Origin: Octopus sinensis
Lineage: Eukaryota
Reading direction: 5' to 3'
NCBI RefSeq assembly: GCF_006345805.1
Contig: NC_043013.1
Coordinates: 37,138,001 to 37,202,000, forward strand
DNA length: 64,000 bases
The notes under the pieces are model-generated. The model made no database searches. It worked only from the letters and a program-made list of their open reading frames with translations, and was not told the DNA's origin. How positions within the stretch are numbered: the first letter of the stretch is position 1; each line of letters starts with the position of its first letter. Positions 56,873 to 64,000 of the stretch are shown piece after piece. A program made the translations under genes and the position numbers.

Positions 56873-57199
56873 TTAAGACAGTAGGATATTTTCCTACTTT
56901 TTTTTTACATGAAACCAATGGTAGCCTTAATTCCTAAATATAGAAATGATATATACATATACCCATATATATATATGTATATATATTACAAATACATACA
57001 CAAACACATTTTAGATAAATATATATATGTGTAATATAATATGCTATAATATACATATATATAATATAATATTTACATATATAAATATGAGATGAGCACT
57101 TCAAGAGTTTTCGCCGTTCCATTGACATACTTGTTGCACGATGCGAATCGATTGAGCACTTTGCTATCACTACTCAATAAAGTTGGGTAACAACCATCG

Positions 57200-57900
57200 A
57201 TTGTTCATACGTAAACGTGGAAGATGCAATGGTGACTTTAAATGGCATGATGCTAAGTTCTGCAGCTGGCCCCGATGGATTATATGCCCTCTTATAATAA
57301 AAGATGTAAAGTTTTGGCTAACTCATTTCAGATAAATCTGTAGAACAGCGTAATGTGTCCTATTCCTAAGAGTGAAAGCAGGATATAATCTAAACTTTAC
57401 GGGCCTCTTACTCTCTCTTCAAATACCTGCAGCATCATTGAATTATGTTTTAGGCGAAAAGTCATCACCTTCTTAAGAGTAAAATTACTTCATGACGTTT
57501 TCCAAGAAACAAACAGCCCACGTCGGCTCTAGTACTACAAGTGGACGCTGACAGGGATATTCAATCATTTGAACGATGTTATACATCTTCAGTATAACCT
57601 TGATATTGCTGACAATTTGCGTAGCATATGCGGGACTTGGACATAGCTATGAAATTAGGAGAGATGTATGACTTACCACTCTGTCACGTGCTAAGAGGCA
57701 GAAGTCAGAGAGCAGTAGGTAAAGGGAGTCTCTCAAATGACACCGCTTTTAAGAGGATTAACACGGGCAAATTTTCAAGAAAATAACAAGTAATTTGACG
57801 CTGGAAGATTTTATGGTCTTCGCTATCAGACCAAAGAAATTTCTTTGTCGTAAACTGCCCTTGGAAGGATTGCAGTTCGAAAGTAGCATTTAGTACATGA
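57200..57900 (+). mobile_element. Very decayed LINE RT fragment
   Basis: SSAAGPDGL, then a decayed P+.K..SR...NYRP-like segment, KGVSQ (cf. GVPQG) and a FADDTK-like segment in the correct order. Confidence 0.5.
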
Positions 57901-58265
57901 CCTATCTACAAATAAGTGTTATGAGAAATATTTACATGTACACGTTACAAGTTTGGCAGGGATGCGCAGAGGATTAGCGGGACGAGTGTAATATTATTCT
58001 TTACAAATGAGACGAAAAACCACGTCGCTTTAAATTAGAAGACTTCAATATATATTGGTATATGTATATATATATATGCGTATACTTTTATACTTACATA
58101 CATACACATACGCACGCACACACACATATATGAATAAATATACACTTATATTTGAATTTGTGCTCATAAGTGTATAGACACGTATATCTGTGCAAATATA
58201 TGTGTCAATATATATGAATATGTGCATATATATGTATATGAGCACATATATGTGTGTATATATAT

Positions 58266-58422
58266 TGTGTGGTAAGTAGCTTGCTAACCAACTACACGGT
58301 TCCGGGTTCAGTCCCACTGCGTGGCATCTTGGGCAAGTGTTTTCTGCTATAGCCCCGGGCCAACCAATACCTTGTGAGTGGATTTGGTAGACGGAAACTG
58401 AAAGAAGCCTGTCGTACATATG

Positions 58423-58485
<63 letters not shown>

Positions 58486-58705
58486 ATTTCTGTGTCTGTG
58501 TTTGTCCCCATAGCATTACTTGACAACCGATGCTGGTGTGTTTACGTCCCCGTTACTTAGCGGTTCGGCAAAAGAGACCGATATAATAAGTACTGGGCTT
58601 ATAAAAGAATAAGTCCCGGGGTCGAGTTGCTCGATTAAAGGCGGTGCTCCAGCATGGCCGCAGTCAAATGACTGAAACAAGTAAAAGAGTAAAGAGTAAA
58701 GAGTA
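58266..58705 (+). mobile_element. Composite SINE family A
   Basis: ggttccgggttcagtccc B-box, microsatellite linker, tail ...ctgaaacaagtaaaagagtaaagagtaaagag. Confidence 0.9.
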
Positions 58706-59067
58706 TATATATATACAGAGAGATACATATATTTCATATATATCAGTTTTAACAAAGATTAGGCAATTCATTAAGTTATGCTCACCGTTTCCCTTTCGAG
58801 TTAATTATACCGGTTATATATTTAAAAAAATAATATTTAGGCATTGATAATATCTCCGCAACTATTGCTTGTTGGATCACTGGATCACATTACACTTGAA
58901 AGTCAGCGAAGCTATGAACGGAACTATTACGTTTAAAGCAAATATACTGGGCCTCCACTCTCTACTGAACAGATACCTTTATGTGTATATGTATGTATGT
59001 ATGTATATATGTATATATATGTATATATATATACTTATATACATATAAGTATGTATATATATGTATG

Positions 59068-59103
<36 letters not shown>

Positions 59104-59411
59104 ATGTGTGTGTGTATATGTGTGTGTGAGTGTGTTACACTCAGAGGCGGTGACATAGTTTCACACATCCATCCGGACATCATTTATATATATGCATGCA
59201 TTCATACATAAATATATACATATATATATGTGTGTTTGTGTGTGTATGAGAGTGAGTGTGTGTCTATGTTTGTATACAGATACATAGATAACGGGATAGA
59301 CAGATAGATAGATAGATAGATAGATTAGCAACAGATGTACGATTCGTTATGTATGTGTGTATGTATGTATATGTATATGTAGATGTATATATGTATATAT
59401 ATGTATATGTA

Positions 59412-59450
<39 letters not shown>

Positions 59451-60398
59451 AGTTGCGTAAATAAATGCTTGTTTATGTATGTGAGTAGTGTCTGTGTTTT
59501 TATATATATGTTTGAGTCAGCGCGCGTTTGTGTTTATAACAGCTAATTAGTTACGGTGAGTTTGCAAAATATCCTGCAGCAAATTATCGAAAATCTGTTT
59601 ATGAGTTTTAGAATTAGTGGTTGGTACATGTAAGTAGGCGCTAACGACCAAACGAAACTGTGTTACTTGACTTGCTGACTGTCGAATCTACGGGGTGGAA
59701 TATATAACAGCGTTAACCCATGTCTTCTCTCAAGCATATTTTCAACATTCTGCATAACTGTTTTATAAATTACATTCATAACACTGCATATTCATTATTC
59801 TTAGCTTTAAGCTTTAGGAAGTTAGATTATGTTACATGCTAAGTGCCATTACGCATTTGCCCACGCCTGTTATGTATGTTATCTGTCAATTCGTATGCAA
59901 TTTAACAGCAAAGCAATATTTGATATTTCTTAAGAAAACATTCAGAAAATGATGCGTGAGTTTTTGTATTATTTAAGAATTGGTGCTTGTTCTACACTCC
60001 GATGTTCATCTTTAAGTTTCCGAGACGGTGCAATTTGAATTCTTATTTCGTTTTAAATAAAAAATGAAAAAAATAAAAAAGCTGTTGCAAGTAGTATAGA
60101 TATATAATTCATCATTGACTTCGATGTTCTTTCGTGTTTAGATGTTTCAAATGTGTTCTAGTGTTTACAGCTGGATATCATTGGTAATTGTACGTGCTTA
60201 GCTAATGTTAAACTCAGTTGTGTTCTCTATATGTATTGATGATGTAGCCAGAGGAAACAAGCCTATAAATGGTTTACCAAAGGAAATACGTGGGAGAAAA
60301 TTGTTCGGTTGACATAGCTGTCAGAAGCCCCACAGATCAAGAAAAACAATACATACACAAATACACACACATATACGCACACATGCACACGTAAACAC

Positions 60399-60435
<37 letters not shown>

Positions 60436-60522
60436 TATTTGAGACAAAACCACTATTTTGCAAAACAAACAAGGAAAGACTTAATCAATACATAAAATTT
60501 AATAAATAGTCAAAAAAAACCG

Positions 60523-60565
60523 CCACTACAATCGTTTCTTGTCTTGATCGACAATCTTCAGGTGG
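60523..60565 (-). ncRNA. Intact minimal type-I hammerhead ribozyme (PLE-type)
   Basis: CCAC-CUGAAGA-UUGUC-GAUCAA-GACAA-GAAAC-GAUU-GUA-GUGG: perfect stem I (4 bp) and stem II (5 bp), complete core, GUA cleavage triplet, near-palindromic stem III (ACGAUUGU). Confidence 0.85.
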
Positions 60566-60572
60566 ACTTCCA

Positions 60573-61095
60573 ATCTAATATTTTGTTGACAAGTCCATTT
60601 TCTATGAGGTTGTCTGTATATTTCATAACAAGGTCTGTGATTTCTTGATCATTCCCCATGGTCCACATCCGTCCTTCACGTGCTTGAAGCAGGACACGCA
60701 AAGAACTGCACAGGCTCTACGTCCATCATAATAGAGAAGAACACCACTAAGCCTCGACTAAGTCCTGGATATTGGTTGCTGGTTCTGACCTGAGAGAATG
60801 AACTCAACTGCAGCAAATTCATTGTGTTATGGAGATCGCTTAAAAGTATGATATCATCAATGACATCTTGAGAAAGAATTTGAGTTCTTTGCTCTGAATA
60901 GACAGGCAAACCTCTTTTGTGGCTTCTTCACCAGCTCTCTCGTACCTGTTCTTTTCGGTGCCTTCAAAAGTGACATAAAATCAGGTTTATGTCGTCTTAA
61001 CATCACCCCAAATTGAACTGATTCTTTACTTGTTCTTTATAACACTGAATCAACTACATCATAAAGTTCTTTGAAAGGCTCCACAGTTTAGCACC
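60573..61095 (-). pseudogene. NUP205: Intronless, frameshifted copy of the N-terminal ~180 codons of nucleoporin NUP205
   Basis: Stitched frames read GAKLW.PFKELYDVV, RRHKPDFMSLLK, QRTQILSQDVIDDIILLSDL, NEFAAVEFILSGQNQQP, YPGLSRGLV, LYYDGRRA, SLRVLLQAREGRMWTM, KYTDNLIENGLVNKIL. These are colinear with vertebrate NUP205 as I recall it (LWGPYKD, KKHKPDFISLFK, FILSDLF, ELAAVELLLAGEHQQP, FPGLTRGLVAVLLYWDGKR, SLKALIQSRRGKTW, FTDELMEQGL). At least 7 frameshifts. Confidence 0.85.
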
Positions 61096-61191
61096 CTAAA
61101 ATCTAACTGTATTCGTCCAGGTTGATAACTGAAAACAGATTTTCTCTATTAGGCCATCTAGAACCAATACTGAGGCTTCTTCCTAGATATA

Positions 61192-61264
<73 letters not shown>

Positions 61265-61294
61265 AAATATATTTATATATATATATATAATATA

Positions 61295-61333
<39 letters not shown>

Positions 61334-61412
61334 TATATACATGTATATGTATGTGTTTGATAGATTGATTGACTGATAGATAAATAGTTAGTTAATATAT
61401 ATATATTTTAGT

Positions 61413-61483
<71 letters not shown>

Positions 61484-62540
61484 GTAGATAGATAGATAGA
61501 TGATAGATGGATGGATGGATAGATAGAGATATATACTTATACATATATGTGTTTTGGCGTGTGTATGAAATATATGTGTAAAGAAAGATGTCTGTGATCA
61601 CTGAAGTGTATATGAATAACATTGACAAATAAAATTCTAACAAATAACATACAAAAAAATTTTGTATTATGAAACTTATCACCAAGTTTAGGTTACTACG
61701 TAAACGCAACTAAGAGACAGACAAATAATCCAAAGACTTAAGAATTCTCCGAAGTTGATATGATATTAAACTGTATGTCGTGCTTATAGTTTAAATACTT
61801 GTATACATACATACGTGCGTGTGTGTGTATGAAAGTATATGTGCGTTTTTATACATACAATTTTATACTCTTGTATTATTCTAAGTTGCATATGTGGTCG
61901 TTATGTTTATAACCACTTGCGCAACGATGTATAGACATTTTGCCTATGATATAGCGGTAGTTCTTACTTTGTCAAATGACCGCACGCTGGGGTCGGACTT
62001 GTATCTTTTCGATTTTGTTCTAAGATAGTAAAATTGTATAAAGAAAACAGTGGGTTATTGATCAGTATTCAGGAGTGAATCGATTCAATATGCATTAATT
62101 TAGCCTCTATATCAAATATCGCCAATGTTGTATATAGCTGCATACACCAAACCACTACCCAATGAATGTCGAATGACATTTTGTAAAGAAATGTAAGGAC
62201 CCGACCTAATCTCACACCGGTTTTGTTTGTTGTTTTTGTTGTTAACTTTAGTTCGAACCATAAATTGCACTGATACGAATTCCACAAGCTTTTCAGCAAC
62301 CTGGACAAAAATAAAATTAGATTATGCATGTAAGAAAAATAGGAAAAACAAAAACAAAACTAAAAACAAACAGATGCAATGTTGGCGGCTAAGATATTTC
62401 TAAATGAAAGCATGATAGAGGAATGATGAATCTCTCTCTCCCTCTCACTCTCTCGCTATACATACATACATACATACATACATACATACATACATAATAC
62501 ATACATACATACATACATACATACATAATACATACATACA

Positions 62541-62571
<31 letters not shown>

Positions 62572-62679
62572 TATATATATATATATATATATAACATATA
62601 CAATATATTATATATATGGGTATGTACATGTGTGTGTATATATATGTGTTGTGTGTGTGTGATGTATATTATATATATA

Positions 62680-62715
<36 letters not shown>

Positions 62716-62747
62716 GATACATATATTCTATATATATATATATATAG

Positions 62748-62782
<35 letters not shown>

Positions 62783-62789
62783 ATGGTAA

Positions 62790-63085
62790 AGGGTAAGTGT
62801 AATGAACCCTTTGTCATGAATGACTATGAGATTCCATCTAGAAACTTGTCTGATAAAGGTTGATTTTTGGAAGACCAGTAGTCGCCAGGGTATACCACCA
62901 ATGTTATCCATGGGGAAAGTAAAGAAATAGAGCTCGGTCCCAAAGACGTTGCGACTCATTTCTACTGATGAGTGAAGTGGAGCAACATAAAATAAAGCAT
63001 CTTGCTCTACAATACAAAACATCCTGTTCTGGGAATCGAACTCGCTACCTCACGATGGTGAGTCCAACACTGTAACCATTTACAG
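62790..63085 (-). mobile_element. SINE family C
   Basis: gggaatcgaactc B-box (reverse complement), gagtgaagtggagcaacataaaataaagcatcttgctc CORE-like segment, tail tttttggaagaccagtagtcgcc. Confidence 0.8.
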
Positions 63086-63122
63086 CTATATAGATACATG
63101 CATATATATATATGCATATAAT

Positions 63123-63156
<34 letters not shown>

Positions 63157-63183
63157 TATATGTATGTATGTAAATGTTATATA

Positions 63184-63241
<58 letters not shown>

Positions 63242-63528
63242 ATATATACACACATACATATACATGTATATATAAATAAATAAATGAATATAAATGCTTG
63301 GTATAGACATATATATTTATATATTCCTCACCACTACACTCGCAGATTAACATTAATAATGAGAATGTACTTGTATATTATCTCTGTGTCTGTTCGCACG
63401 CTGGTGCGTGTACGTATGTAGATAGGTATATATATATATACATATATATATACAAAGACACGCACAGCACGCTGCAGAAACAGTGACATACATACATACA
63501 TACATACATACATACACACATACATACA

Positions 63529-63563
<35 letters not shown>

Positions 63564-64000
63564 GTATATGTGTGTGTGGGGGGGGGGTGTCTGCGTGTCT
63601 GTGTGTCTGTGTGCAACGCGTAAAGCAGAGATTATTGGAAAACCTGCCATTTATTAATTTATTAATTTTTTTGTCGTTAGTATATATAATTAATATGTAT
63701 ATTGGAATGAATAACATTTTAATGAGAAATATGAAATTTGGTGCATTATATTTGAAAAATATGTTTGTGCGTGCTTACAACGTTAAGGATCCCTTTATCG
63801 GAGGAGATCTAATTGAAATCGCAGGAGAAACCAAACATTTGTCATCAGATTCAGGTACCTAAGTGAACCAAGATGGCATTTTTCGAAATAGAGATGAAGG
63901 TTAAAATCTAAAACCAAGTAAATAATACATAAAATAAAAGGAAAGAGAAAATGTTTCTTGAGAAACAGGCAAATTACCAAATACAACTCCTTTATTCTGG

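Noticed and set aside
60676-60909. VIDDIILLSD as a reverse-transcriptase YADD motif of a PLE or RTE
   Set aside because: Flanking frames match NUP205 colinearly over ~180 residues; the resemblance is coincidental.

Overview
AT-rich, extremely repeat-dense eukaryotic DNA. The SINE, LINE and transposon families resemble those I know from Octopus; this is inference, not a database result. I find no intact protein-coding gene, and almost all supplied ORFs are translations of (TA)n, (CA)n, (TAA)n, (ATC)n or (TTC)n microsatellites. The real content is: at least three tRNA-derived SINE families (some as head-to-tail multimers); decayed LINE pieces (CR1/L2-like, RTE-like, R4/Dong-like, Tx1/L1-like); a full-length defective DD34E Tc1 element with IR/DR ends (16176-17685); a deleted maT-like element; mariner and hAT MITEs; and a 100-N gap. 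Two things stand out. (1) About eight minimal type-I hammerhead ribozyme motifs of the Penelope-like-element (PLE) kind are scattered across the window, two pairs of them forming fold-back structures. (2) An intronless, frameshifted copy of the 5' part of NUP205 (60573-61095, minus strand) is fused about 7 nt upstream of the only fully intact hammerhead (60523-60565), and the whole ~760-bp cassette lies inside a (TA)n tract. This is a candidate case of host-mRNA capture or retroposition through a ribozyme-bearing PLE terminus.
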